This document shows, one piece after another, positions 1-8,088 of a stretch of 32,000 nucleotides of DNA. Source of the stretch: Synechococcus sp. A15-28. Lineage in GTDB: Bacteria > Cyanobacteriota > Cyanobacteriia > PCC-6307 > Cyanobiaceae. The position numbers were made by a program, and so were the translations under genes. Under the pieces are notes generated by a model. That model had not been told where the DNA came from. It did not search any database and was given only the letters and a program-made list of their open reading frames with translations. Each line of letters starts with the position of its first letter. The stretch's first letter is position 1. The DNA lies in contig NZ_CP047931.1 in assembly GCF_014280175.1 (NCBI RefSeq), positions 480,001-512,000 of the forward strand, in the 5' to 3' direction.

Positions 1-180
1 CATCGCCTTCTGCCGCCGTTGGCGGGTGAGATTGGGACTGAGCAGGGGCACGCTGTCGATGGCGTCCCCCTCCGGCGGAATCGCCTGGCACGTCAGCAGG
101 GGTACGTCTGTGCCCCGCAGCTGCTCGGTCAGTCCTTCGGCTGCGGTCTGATCGGCCAGAACCACGACGCAAACGGGCAT
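1..180 (-). CDS. Hypothetical protein, N-terminal 60 codons only; the gene runs off the left edge of the window
   Basis: A reverse-strand ATG at 180..178 opens a frame (MPVCVVVLADQTAAEGLTEQLRGTDVPLLTCQ...) with no stop down to position 1. Third codon positions are mostly G/C, as in the confirmed genes. It is absent from the ORF track because it is open-ended. I recognise no family. Confidence 0.35.
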   Translation of the reverse strand, partial: MPVCVVVLADQTAAEGLTEQLRGTDVPLLTCQAIPPEGDAIDSVPLLSPNLTRQRRQKAM

Positions 181-258
181 TCGCACACATCCTGAGGGCT
201 CAATTCTGAACCCTGTCCTGCGAAGTTCAGGGGCAGTGAATGCCGATCACTACAGTTC

Positions 259-277
259 GGCGCGGCAGTACCGCGCC
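259..277 (+). promoter_or_regulatory. GC-rich hairpin in the serA 5' leader (7-bp perfect stem, 5-nt loop)
   Basis: ggcgcgg-cagta-ccgcgcc read directly. It ends 5 nt before the serA ATG at 283. Confidence 0.3.
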
Positions 278-282
278 CAGCG

Positions 283-1869
283 ATGTCCAAAGTTCTGGTT
301 TCCGACCCGATTGATCAGGCCGGGGTCGACATTCTCAGCCAGGTGGCTCAGGTGGACCAGCGTCCTGGTCTCTCCCCCGAGGAACTGGTCAGCGTGATCG
401 GTGATTACGACGGATTGATGATCCGTTCCGGCACGCAGGTGACCGCTGAGGTGATCGCGGCTGCATCCAAGCTCAAGATCATCGGCCGCGCCGGCGTCGG
501 TGTGGACAACGTCGATGTGCCGGCCGCCACCCAGCGGGGGGTGCTGGTGGTGAATTCCCCGGAGGGCAACACGATCGCGGCGGCGGAGCATGCCCTGGCG
601 ATGATGCTCACCCTGTCGCGGCATGTTCCCCAGGCCCATGCAGGCATGCGGGCCGGCAAATGGGACCGCAAGAAGTACGTCGGCAACGAGCTCTACAAGA
701 AGACGCTCGGCGTGGTCGGGCTGGGCAAGATCGGCTCCCACGTCGCCCGCGTCGCCCGGGCCATGGGGATGGAGGTGATCGCCTACGACCCTTTCATCGC
801 CGCTGACCGCGCCCAGCAGATGCAGGTGCGGCTCACCGAGCTGGATGAGTTGTTCCGCACTGCGGATTACGTGACGCTGCACATCCCCCGCACCAAGGAC
901 ACCGAGAACCTGGTGAATGCGGAGCTGCTGCGCACAATGAAACCCACCGCACGGATCGTGAACTGTGCCCGTGGTGGTGTGGTGGATGAAGCGGCCATCG
1001 CTGAGGCCATCAACAACGGCGTCATCGCCGGTGCCGGCCTGGATGTGTATGCCAGCGAACCTCTGGCGGAGGACTCGCCCCTGCGGGCGGTGGAGCGCGG
1101 CCTGGTGCTGACCCCCCACCTCGGTGCGTCCACGGAGGAGGCTCAGGAGAACGTGGCCACTGATGTGGCGGAGCAGATCCGCGACGTGCTGCTGGGGCTG
1201 CCGGCACGCAGCGCCGTCAATATCCCTGGCCTGAGTGCCGAGATCATGGAGCGGCTGAAGCCGCATCTGCAGCTGGCGGAAACCGTCGGTCGCCTGGTGA
1301 GCCAGCTCTCCGGCGGCCAGGTTCAGGAACTGGAACTGCGTTTGCAGGGGGATTTCGCCAACCATCCCTCCCAGCCGCTGGTGATCGCCTCGCTGAAGGG
1401 TCTGCTGGGGGCGGTGCTGGGGGACAGTATCAACTTCGTCAACGCTTCTTTGGAAGCCAAGGCCCGCGGTATCCGCGTGCTGGAGGTGAAGGATGAAGCC
1501 AGTCGCGATTACGCCGGCGGTTCACTTCAGCTGATCAGTCGCGGTGATCAGGGCAGCCGCAGCGTCACCGGCGCGGTGTTTGCCGATGGAGATCTGCGGA
1601 TCACCAGCATCGATGAGTTCCCTGTGAACGTGACCCCCAGCAGCCACATGCTGTTTACTCGCCACCGGGACATGCCCGGCATCATCGGCCAGCTGGGATC
1701 CATGCTCGGTGAGCACAACGTGAACATCGCAGCGATGCAGGTGGGACGGAAGATCGTTCGCGGTGATGCGGTGATGGTGCTGAGCATCGACGACCCGATC
1801 CCCGCAGCGTTGCTGCAGACCGTCACCGCGATTGAGGGCATCCAGGAAGCCCATCCGGTGAGCCTCTGA
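283..1869 (+). CDS. serA: D-3-phosphoglycerate dehydrogenase (long form with C-terminal ACT domain)
   Basis: The 528-aa ORF has the NAD-binding motif GVVGLGKIGSHVA, 2-hydroxyacid dehydrogenase catalytic residues (RGG..D, HLGAST.E) and an ACT-like C-terminus (RHRDMPGIIGQLGSMLGEHNVNIAAMQVGR). Confidence 0.95.
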   Translation: MSKVLVSDPIDQAGVDILSQVAQVDQRPGLSPEELVSVIGDYDGLMIRSGTQVTAEVIAAASKLKIIGRAGVGVDNVDVPAATQRGVLVVNSPEGNTIAAAEHALAMMLTLSRHVPQAHAGMRAGKWDRKKYVGNELYKKTLGVVGLGKIGSHVARVARAMGMEVIAYDPFIAADRAQQMQVRLTELDELFRTADYVTLHIPRTKDTENLVNAELLRTMKPTARIVNCARGGVVDEAAIAEAINNGVIAGAGLDVYASEPLAEDSPLRAVERGLVLTPHLGASTEEAQENVATDVAEQIRDVLLGLPARSAVNIPGLSAEIMERLKPHLQLAETVGRLVSQLSGGQVQELELRLQGDFANHPSQPLVIASLKGLLGAVLGDSINFVNASLEAKARGIRVLEVKDEASRDYAGGSLQLISRGDQGSRSVTGAVFADGDLRITSIDEFPVNVTPSSHMLFTRHRDMPGIIGQLGSMLGEHNVNIAAMQVGRKIVRGDAVMVLSIDDPIPAALLQTVTAIEGIQEAHPVSL

Positions 1870-2756
1870 TGTGGTGGCGTCTTACGATGGCGTGTCCTCC
1901 TGAATTGGAGGAATCGCTGGTTTGGAAACTGACGGACCTCGGTCTGCACCGCCATGCGGTGCAGCATGCTCCGGAGACGCCGGATCAGAAGCAGCTGCTG
2001 CTGTGGCTGCCGCAGCCGGAATGGCCCGAGGCGGAACGCCAGCAGCTCCTGGCCAGCCTGGCGCCTTTGGCGGAGCCCTTCGGCCTGGAGCTGCCCCAGG
2101 GGCATTGGGATGATGTGGCGGACGAGGACTGGAGCCTGAGCTGGAAGCAGCACTGGCAGCCGGATCCGGTGGGGACTGGGTTATTGATCCTTCCTGCCTG
2201 GCTGGAGGTGCCGCCCGAGCACGGCGATCGGTTGGTGATCCGCATGGATCCGGGTAGTGCCTTCGGCACCGGCAGCCACCCCACGACGCGGCTTTGCCTG
2301 GAGGCACTGGAGCATGCTCCCCCCGTTGACGCCCTGGTGGCGGACCTGGGTTGCGGAAGCGGGGTGCTGGGGCTGGCGGCCCTGGGGCTGGGGGCGACGG
2401 CCGTGGTGGCGGCGGACACCGATTCCCTGGCGGTGCGGGCCACCGGTGACAACCGCGAGCTCAACGGCCGCTCAGAGGATCAGTTGAGGGTGAGCCTGGG
2501 ATCGGTGGACGCTCTGCAAGAGCTGCTGCAGGGCCGTCTGGCCGATCTGCTGCTGTGCAACATCCTGGCGCCGGTGATCGAGGCCCTGGCTCCGGGGTTC
2601 GACTCCCTTGTGGCCCCTGAGGGGCGTGCCCTCCTCAGTGGCCTGCTGGTGGATCAGGCCCCCAGGCTGGAACAGGTGCTGGGGGATCTGGGCTGGGGCG
2701 TGAAGGCGAGGGGCTCCCAGGGCCGCTGGGGCCTGCTCGAGATCCGGCGCCGCTGA
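1869..2756 (+). CDS. prmA: Ribosomal protein L11 methyltransferase
   Basis: The 295-aa ORF contains the PrmA-type motifs IRMDPGSAFGTGSHPTT and the SAM-binding VADLGCGSGVLG. Its ATG shares one base with the serA stop (TGATG at 1867..1871). Confidence 0.9.
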   Translation: MWWRLTMACPPELEESLVWKLTDLGLHRHAVQHAPETPDQKQLLLWLPQPEWPEAERQQLLASLAPLAEPFGLELPQGHWDDVADEDWSLSWKQHWQPDPVGTGLLILPAWLEVPPEHGDRLVIRMDPGSAFGTGSHPTTRLCLEALEHAPPVDALVADLGCGSGVLGLAALGLGATAVVAADTDSLAVRATGDNRELNGRSEDQLRVSLGSVDALQELLQGRLADLLLCNILAPVIEALAPGFDSLVAPEGRALLSGLLVDQAPRLEQVLGDLGWGVKARGSQGRWGLLEIRRR

Positions 2757-2865
2757 GCCCCGATTGGCAATAAGCCAGGCTTATCAGTGGGTGGTCTCCG
2801 ATTGGACCTGATCGGTTGCAGGCCCAGAACCCGCGGGATCACCCCTTGTCTGCAGTAGATAAGTG

Positions 2866-2881
2866 CGGTCCTGCAGGACCG
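2866..2881. promoter_or_regulatory. Perfect 16-bp palindrome upstream of petF; candidate operator or 5'-UTR hairpin
   Basis: cggtcctgcaggaccg read directly, 34 nt upstream of the petF ATG. A second ctgcag copy lies at 2850..2855. Confidence 0.3.
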
Positions 2882-2914
2882 GCCATCCGGGACCCTGTAC
2901 GCATTCACCAAGTC

Positions 2915-3214
2915 ATGGCTTCCTACAAGGTCACCCTGGTCAGCGAGAGCGAAGGTCTCAACAAGACCATCGAAGTGCCCGACGACCAGTACATCCTCGA
3001 CGCTGCTGAAGAGCAGGGCATCGATCTGCCCTACTCCTGCCGCGCTGGCGCTTGCTCCACCTGCGCCGGCAAGATCACCGCTGGCACCGTCGATCAGTCC
3101 GACCAGAGCTTCCTGGACGACGACCAGATCGAAGCCGGTTTCGTGCTGACCTGCGTCGCATACCCCACCTCCGACTGCACCATCAAGACCCACGCTGAAG
3201 AAGAGCTCTACTGA
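2915..3214 (+). CDS. petF: Plant-type [2Fe-2S] ferredoxin I
   Basis: The product starts [52 protein letters not shown]... and ends ...[22 protein letters not shown], the classic cyanobacterial PetF with the C-x4-C-x2-C...C ligands. The track ORF begins upstream at 2816, but the ATG at 2915 gives the canonical 99-aa protein. Confidence 0.95.
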   Translation: MASYKVTLVSESEGLNKTIEVPDDQYILDAAEEQGIDLPYSCRAGACSTCAGKITAGTVDQSDQSFLDDDQIEAGFVLTCVAYPTSDCTIKTHAEEELY

Positions 3215-3246
3215 GTCCTTCGCCCAGTTTTGGGTTGTCGCTTCAA

Positions 3247-3273
3247 CCACCCCTGCGGGGGTGGTTTTTTGTT
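3247..3273 (+). terminator. Rho-independent terminator of petF
   Basis: Stem ccacccc/ggggtgg with a 4-nt loop, followed by the T-tract ttttttgtt, about 30 nt after the petF stop. Confidence 0.8.
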
Positions 3274-3314
3274 GCTCAGCACCCTTGCATGACCCTGAAC
3301 GCACCGCTGTTGCC

Positions 3315-3743
3315 GTGAGCCGTCCCGATGTTGAGGAGCTGCTGGCGCCCGGCAGCATTCACACCAGCCCCGGCGGGCAGTACAGCTTCCGTGTCATCGG
3401 CCCCTGCTGCCGGTTGTTCGATCGTGAAGAGCTGCCATGGCCCTGCTGCCGTCTGGCCTGGCGCAGCAAGGAGCCCAGCTGGCGCCGGGTGGGGCGTCGC
3501 TTCGTTCCCGACCTGGCGGCGCGGCGATGCCCCTCGTACGCCGTGGAGCTGCTTCAGCCGGGCTCCAGGCCTACAGGCACAGTGCTGACGCTCTTTTCGG
3601 TGCGGTTCAGCCGTGGGCTGCAGGAGTGGTGGTACAGCCGCCATCCCCGCTCGATGGAGCCAGGCAACCTGGCACCTCCGCCAGCCGAAGCACCAAAAAA
3701 CCCCAGAAGCCCTGAAGCCACTGGGGTGAGTGAACCGGGTTGA
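3315..3743 (+). CDS. Hypothetical Cys-pair protein (two PCCRL motifs)
   Basis: The frame has markedly G/C-rich third positions, richer than the overlapping reverse ORF 3276..3644. There is no in-frame ATG near the 5' end. The GTG at 3315 is the first plausible start after the petF terminator; the track start at 3261 lies inside that terminator. The product contains GPCCRL...WPCCRL. I recognise no family. Confidence 0.45.
   Translation: MSRPDVEELLAPGSIHTSPGGQYSFRVIGPCCRLFDREELPWPCCRLAWRSKEPSWRRVGRRFVPDLAARRCPSYAVELLQPGSRPTGTVLTLFSVRFSRGLQEWWYSRHPRSMEPGNLAPPPAEAPKNPRSPEATGVSEPG
3695..3726 (-). terminator. Probable intrinsic terminator of psbV (minus strand)
   Basis: On the minus strand, ccccag-(14 nt)-ctgggg is followed by tttttt, starting 27 nt after the psbV stop. 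The stem is short and the loop long, so confidence is moderate. It overlaps the 3' end of ORF 3315..3743. Confidence 0.45.
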
Positions 3744-3752
3744 GGAGCTCGA

Positions 3753-4265
3753 TCAGAAGTAGATCTTTCCGCCGCCCCAGGCCGTGCCCTGCACCTTGGG
3801 GGCCACCAGGATGTAACCGGCCATCAGGCGCAGCTCTTCGTCGGTGAGATCGCGCATGGCGGGGTAGAGCTCGGCATCGCGCATGCTCGGATGCAGGTCA
3901 GCAATGCTGTATTCGCCGTCGTAGGAGGTGGGGTCCTTCATGTAGTCCACCAGGGCGTCGACGTTGTCACGTGCTGGTGTGGCCAGGGCCAGGGTCTCGG
4001 GATCGAGCCCCACGTTCTGGTTGGTCTTGGTGATGCCACCGGCGTGGCAGGTGCCGCAGCTGGTGTTGAACACCTTGCGGCCGGTGTTGATCTCCTGCTC
4101 GCTGAAGGTCACCTGGGTGCCCTCAGGGTTGCCTGGAACGGTGAGGGTCTCGGCATCCCAGCGGACCGCCTCTGCAGGGGACGCCAACACCAGCCCGATC
4201 AGCACGGGAACCAGGATGAGAAGTCCCTTCAGGGATTGCTGCAATGTGGAGAAAAGAGAGGCCAT
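3753..4265 (-). CDS. psbV: Cytochrome c-550, PSII extrinsic subunit PsbV (precursor)
   Basis: Signal peptide MASLFSTLQQSLKGLLILVPVLIGLVLASPAEA, heme-binding CGTCHAGG, and the conserved C-terminus GGGKIYF. The ATG at 4265 is preferred over the TTG at 4301 used by the track. Confidence 0.9.
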   Translation of the reverse strand: MASLFSTLQQSLKGLLILVPVLIGLVLASPAEAVRWDAETLTVPGNPEGTQVTFSEQEINTGRKVFNTSCGTCHAGGITKTNQNVGLDPETLALATPARDNVDALVDYMKDPTSYDGEYSIADLHPSMRDAELYPAMRDLTDEELRLMAGYILVAPKVQGTAWGGGKIYF

Positions 4266-4339
4266 GAAGGACGCCGGGGATTGACGGACAAACCGCACCA
4301 AGCCCTTGTATCACGGCAAGTTGGCCGTCTGTGGCCGAA

Positions 4340-5299
4340 TCACGAACTGTTGCAGTGGGGTGTCACATCCAGGCTGAGGAAGTCCTTGGCCAGAACCGTG
4401 TTGGGGAAGATCGCCTGGGCTTCCTTCAGCAGGTCATCGGGGCTCACCGGGTTGCCCGGCACGTAGCGGGGACTCAGGTGTGTGATCGCCAGTTGGCCGA
4501 CACCGGCTTCGGCGGCGGTCTGGGCCGCCATGGTGCTGGTGGAGTGCTGTTTCTGAAAGGCCATCTCCGCCTCGGCATGGGCGAAGGTCGATTCATGGAT
4601 CAGCAGATCCACGCCCCGGGCCAGCTCAACAGCGGCATCGCAGAAGACGGTATCGGTGCAGATCATCACGCTCACCCCCGGTCGCTCCGGGCCGCAGAGC
4701 GTGGTGCCGTCGATGACGCGGCCATCCTCCAGGGTCACGCTCTCACCGCGCTTCAGCCGGGCGTACACCGGCCCTGGCGGTATGCCGAGGGACCGGGCCT
4801 TATCGATGTCGAACCGTCCCGCCAGGGGCTTCTGGTCCACCCGGTAGGCGTAGGCCGGCACCCGGTGGGTCAGGGGGGTGCAGCGCACGGTGAGCTCGTC
4901 GTCTTCGAACAGCACGGTTCCCTGTTCAGCCGCCGGCCGTGAGCGGTGCACCTGGAGCGGATAGCCGATGCGGGTTGAGCTGGTGTGCAGCGCACCCTTG
5001 AGGAAGGATTCGAGCGGATCGGGGCCGTAGAGATCCACCCCGTCCTGGCAGGAGCCGGACAACCCCAGGCTGGCCAGCAGCCCTGGCAGCCCGAAGACAT
5101 GATCACCGTGCATATGGGTGACAAACACCCGCCGCAGTTGTGACAGGCGCAGATCGCTGCGCAGAAACTGATGCTGCGTGCCCTCGCCGCAGTCGAACAG
5201 CCACATCTCCGACCGCTGCGGCAGACGCAGGGCCACGGCGGAGACGTTGCGCGCCCGGGTGGGCACACCGGAACTGGTACCGAGAAAGGTGACCTGCAC
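4340..5299 (-). CDS. rnz: Ribonuclease Z (tRNA 3' endonuclease, metallo-beta-lactamase fold)
   Basis: The N-terminus (V)[13 protein letters not shown] and the HxHxDH motif ([15 protein letters not shown]) match RNase Z, as does the 319-aa length. The start codon is GTG. Confidence 0.9.
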   Translation of the reverse strand: MQVTFLGTSSGVPTRARNVSAVALRLPQRSEMWLFDCGEGTQHQFLRSDLRLSQLRRVFVTHMHGDHVFGLPGLLASLGLSGSCQDGVDLYGPDPLESFLKGALHTSSTRIGYPLQVHRSRPAAEQGTVLFEDDELTVRCTPLTHRVPAYAYRVDQKPLAGRFDIDKARSLGIPPGPVYARLKRGESVTLEDGRVIDGTTLCGPERPGVSVMICTDTVFCDAAVELARGVDLLIHESTFAHAEAEMAFQKQHSTSTMAAQTAAEAGVGQLAITHLSPRYVPGNPVSPDDLLKEAQAIFPNTVLAKDFLSLDVTPHCNSS

Positions 5300-5320
5300 G
5301 GCCGCTGGTACTCAGTGGTC

Positions 5321-6703
5321 ATGCTGCCATCTGGTTGGCCCTGGACAGGCGGGGCACACTGGGACGCGTTCTGGTGTCGCGTGCGTTTCGCTCCGATCGT
5401 CGCTCTGATGGGCTGTGCTGTCGTCAGCGCTGTCGCTCCGCCACCTGCTGTGCCCCTGGGCCGTGAACCGCAGATGCGCGTGCTGGTGCAGGAGGGGCCG
5501 CGCCTGGCCCTGCGGGCCGATGGCAACCAGCTGTTTCAGGTGCGGGGTCTGCCGGGGGGCACCCGCACGTTGCGTCGCCTGGTGCTGAGCCTGCGCGGTG
5601 GGGCGCTGTTGGCGGAACTGGATGGCGAGCAGCAACGACTCCCGGCCAGCAGTCTTCTTCAGGTGCGATCCAGTGACCCTCGGGGCATCTGGCTGGCACA
5701 GCGCCGTTACCGAGGTGAGCTGCGCCTCAGTGGCCGCGGCGGCCAGCTCCGGGCCGTGAACGCCCTCGGCATCGAGTCCTACCTGATGAGCGTGGTGGGC
5801 AGTGAGATGCCCCATAAGTGGCCACTGGCTGCTCTGCAGGCGCAGGCCGTGGCCGCACGCACCTATGCCCTTCAGCAACGCAGTCGAGGCGGTGGCTGGG
5901 ATCTGAAGGCCACCGTCGCCAGCCAGGTGTACCTGGGTGTTGAGTCCGAAACCCCGCGCACCCGTCAGGCCGTGGCCAGCACCCGCTCCCTGGTGTTGGT
6001 GCACGGCGGCAAGTTGATCAATGCGGTCTTCCACAGCAGCTCCGGTGGTGTCACCGAGGCCAGCGGCATGGTCTGGCGCAACCAGCTCCCCTATCTGGTG
6101 AGCGTGCCGGATCACGACCAGCACAGTCCGATGCATCGCTGGCAGGAGCGGTTCGACCTGGAGGGTCTGCGCCAGCGGCTGCCGGAAACCGGTGGTGTGA
6201 ATGCGGTTGATGTCCTGAGCCGCAGTGCCAGTGGACGGGTGCGGCAGGCGCGGCTGCGGGGGCCGCGGGGGTCGCTGCTGCTGAGCGGCGCCGATCTTCG
6301 CCGCCGTCTGGGCCTCAAGAGCACCTTGGTGAACTTTCAGATGGTTCCGGCCATGGCACCGCCGGAACCGGTTCCGGCCCTCAGGGCAACGCCGGTCCAG
6401 GGCGCCTCCAGGATTGCCCAGATCACGGCGTCGGTGTCACGCCCAAGCCCGGCTCTGCTGGGGGGGCTGGGCCGCGAGCGCCGGCAAGCGCTGCCGGGGT
6501 GGCAACTGCTGGTGACGGGGCAAGGCCATGGCCATGGCGTGGGCATGAGCCAGTGGGGGGCCAATGGCCTGGCCAGGCAGGGCGCTGATTTCCGCACGAT
6601 CCTTCGCCATTACTACCGGGGGGCTGAGGTGATGCCCTACCAACCCCATCACGACGGTTCAGTGGCGCAGACCTGGCCATCGGCGCCAGCTTGGAGGGGT
6701 TGA
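5321..6703 (+). CDS. spoIID: SpoIID/LytB domain protein (cell-wall amidase enhancer family)
   Basis: SpoIID-type motifs YLMSVVGSEMPHKWPLAALQAQAVAARTYAL, HSSSGGVTE and GHGHGVGMSQWGANGLA. The track ORF starts at 5171 inside rnz, so the first ATG clear of rnz (5321) is used. Confidence 0.85.
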   Translation: MLPSGWPWTGGAHWDAFWCRVRFAPIVALMGCAVVSAVAPPPAVPLGREPQMRVLVQEGPRLALRADGNQLFQVRGLPGGTRTLRRLVLSLRGGALLAELDGEQQRLPASSLLQVRSSDPRGIWLAQRRYRGELRLSGRGGQLRAVNALGIESYLMSVVGSEMPHKWPLAALQAQAVAARTYALQQRSRGGGWDLKATVASQVYLGVESETPRTRQAVASTRSLVLVHGGKLINAVFHSSSGGVTEASGMVWRNQLPYLVSVPDHDQHSPMHRWQERFDLEGLRQRLPETGGVNAVDVLSRSASGRVRQARLRGPRGSLLLSGADLRRRLGLKSTLVNFQMVPAMAPPEPVPALRATPVQGASRIAQITASVSRPSPALLGGLGRERRQALPGWQLLVTGQGHGHGVGMSQWGANGLARQGADFRTILRHYYRGAEVMPYQPHHDGSVAQTWPSAPAWRG

Positions 6704-6716
6704 TCCGGCGCTGCCG

Positions 6717-7499
6717 TTGCCCTCTTTCTCCATCGTTGACGATCCGCCGCGTTCGGCTGAGGTGTTGTGCACCAGGCTGGTGGACCAGCTGGAGCGATCC
6801 CTCCGTCAGATCCTTCAGAACCCGGCGGCCAGCCGCCCCCTGGGTCTGGCCACCGGGCGCACGATGGAGCCGCTTTACGCCGCCCTGGTGGAGCGCCTGC
6901 TGCGCTGGCCATCGCCCGATCTCGCGGCGCTTCGGCGCAGCTGGTGCAGCTTCAACCTGGACGAGTACCTGGGGCTGCCAGCCGGCGATCCGCGCAGTTA
7001 CCGGACCTTCATGGACGATCGGCTGGGGCGGCCCCTGGCGTTGCCGGCGGGGGCCTTGCAGCTGCCCGATGGGCAGGCGGCCGATGGGGATGCTGCCGCT
7101 GTGGCGTTCCGCGCTGCCCTGCAGGCCAAGGGAGGAATCGGTGTGCAGCTGCTGGGTCTGGGCAGCAACGGCCATTTGGGCTTCAACGAGCCCCCCTGCG
7201 GTCGTGAGCAGGCCTGCCGGGTGGTGGAGCTCTCAGAGGCGACGCGACGCCAGAACGCCGGCTTGTTCGGAGGTGACCCCGCGGCGGTGCCGCCCTGGGC
7301 CATCACCCTGGGGCTGAAGGAGATCCTGGCGGCTGAGCAGATCCACCTGGTGGTGACCGGTCGCGGCAAAGCCCCCATCCTTGGCCGCCTGTTGGCCATG
7401 GATCAGCCCGATCCCGCCGTGCCGGCCAGCTGGTTGCTGGAGCACCCCCAGGTCAGTCTCTGGGCCGATGCGGACGCCCTGTCGCTCTCCTTAGCTTGA
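6717..7499 (+). CDS. nagB: Glucosamine-6-phosphate deaminase / 6-phosphogluconolactonase family protein
   Basis: NagB-family motifs LGLATGRT, FNLDEYLGL and LLGLGSNGHLGFNEP. The start appears to be the TTG at 6717, as there is no nearby in-frame ATG. Confidence 0.8.
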   Translation: MPSFSIVDDPPRSAEVLCTRLVDQLERSLRQILQNPAASRPLGLATGRTMEPLYAALVERLLRWPSPDLAALRRSWCSFNLDEYLGLPAGDPRSYRTFMDDRLGRPLALPAGALQLPDGQAADGDAAAVAFRAALQAKGGIGVQLLGLGSNGHLGFNEPPCGREQACRVVELSEATRRQNAGLFGGDPAAVPPWAITLGLKEILAAEQIHLVVTGRGKAPILGRLLAMDQPDPAVPASWLLEHPQVSLWADADALSLSLA

Positions 7500-7520
7500 A
7501 CGGGTGAACGCGTCGCTTCG

Positions 7521-7784
7521 ATGAGCATCGACCCCGTGGAACGCCGCCTGGAACAGAGCTTCGAAGCGGAGCGCTGGACGCGTTTCATCCAGGACTGTCA
7601 GGACATCGAGCAGCTGCGGGAGACGGCTCTGGCGTTGGTGCAGCAGCTCGCGCAGCAGAAGGCTGCCAGCGCCTGGATGGCCAGCCGCGCCTCGGAATCG
7701 GAGAACGCCAAGTTGCAGATGCTGGCCCAGATGATCCGCCAGACGGACGACAGTGGCGAGACATCCTCTGATCGGGGGATGTGA
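7521..7784 (+). CDS. Small helical protein with an NblA-like sequence pattern
   Basis: The 87-aa ORF has an ATG start and G/C-rich third positions. The segment LEQSFEAERWTRFIQDCQDIEQLRETALALVQQ follows the NblA-type pattern LEQxF...(F/W)...(V/I)Q...L..Q. The family assignment is tentative. Confidence 0.6.
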   Translation: MSIDPVERRLEQSFEAERWTRFIQDCQDIEQLRETALALVQQLAQQKAASAWMASRASESENAKLQMLAQMIRQTDDSGETSSDRGM

Positions 7785-7802
7785 TCCCGCAGCGAAAGCC
7801 GG

Positions 7803-7976
7803 TCAGTCGTGGTCCTTCTGCCAGCGGCTGAGGCTGGCGGGGGAGAACTTGTGGCCGTGGCGGGCGGCCACTTTCACCACACAGGAGTTGTCCTTGCCGC
7901 AACGCTGCACCTCAGCTCGGATGTTGTCGTTGCTCTGGACGCGGGACATGAACGTTTCCAGCTGCTTCATCGACAT
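7803..7976 (-). CDS. Standalone Nif11-domain protein (57 aa)
   Basis: MSMKQLETFMSRVQSNDNIRAEVQRCGKDNSCVVKVAARHGHKFSPASL matches the Nif11 N-terminal domain pattern (M..eqL..F...v..d..l......). The track ORF (to 8171) runs into yebC; the ATG at 7976 has a GGAG 11 nt upstream. Confidence 0.75.
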   Translation of the reverse strand: MSMKQLETFMSRVQSNDNIRAEVQRCGKDNSCVVKVAARHGHKFSPASLSRWQKDHD

Positions 7977-8088
7977 GGATTCGAGTCTCCAGAAGGGATG
8001 ACTCCGGCCTAGCTGCTGCGTCTGTGTGCTCCCCAACACGAAAGGATTGATCCGGATTTCCACACAGCGTGTTGCAGTTGCTTGCGCT

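Noticed and set aside
250-1365. A 371-aa reverse-strand ORF overlapping serA, together with many similar long antisense or off-frame ORFs throughout the track (for example 5312..6136, 8242..8850, 13137..13889, 21618..22514, 22762..23649, 28240..29244).
   Set aside because: The products are Ala/Gly/Pro/Arg/His-rich and low in complexity, with no motifs. Each lies opposite a gene with unmistakable family signatures. Stop codons are rare in non-coding frames of high-GC DNA, so long shadow ORFs are expected.
3261-3314. The track start (GTG at 3261) for ORF 3261..3743.
   Set aside because: That GTG lies inside the stem and T-tract of the petF terminator. A start there is implausible, so the next GTG (3315) was used instead.
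5171-5320. The long N-terminal extension of the SpoIID ORF overlapping rnz, and similar over-long starts for purD (to 17787), truB (to 10149), rpmA (to 10987), psbV (to 4301) and the LuxR-type gene (to 30410).
   Set aside because: The extensions overlap neighbouring genes or begin at TTG or GTG codons. They precede the point where family-typical N-termini begin, and an internal start gives canonical protein lengths.
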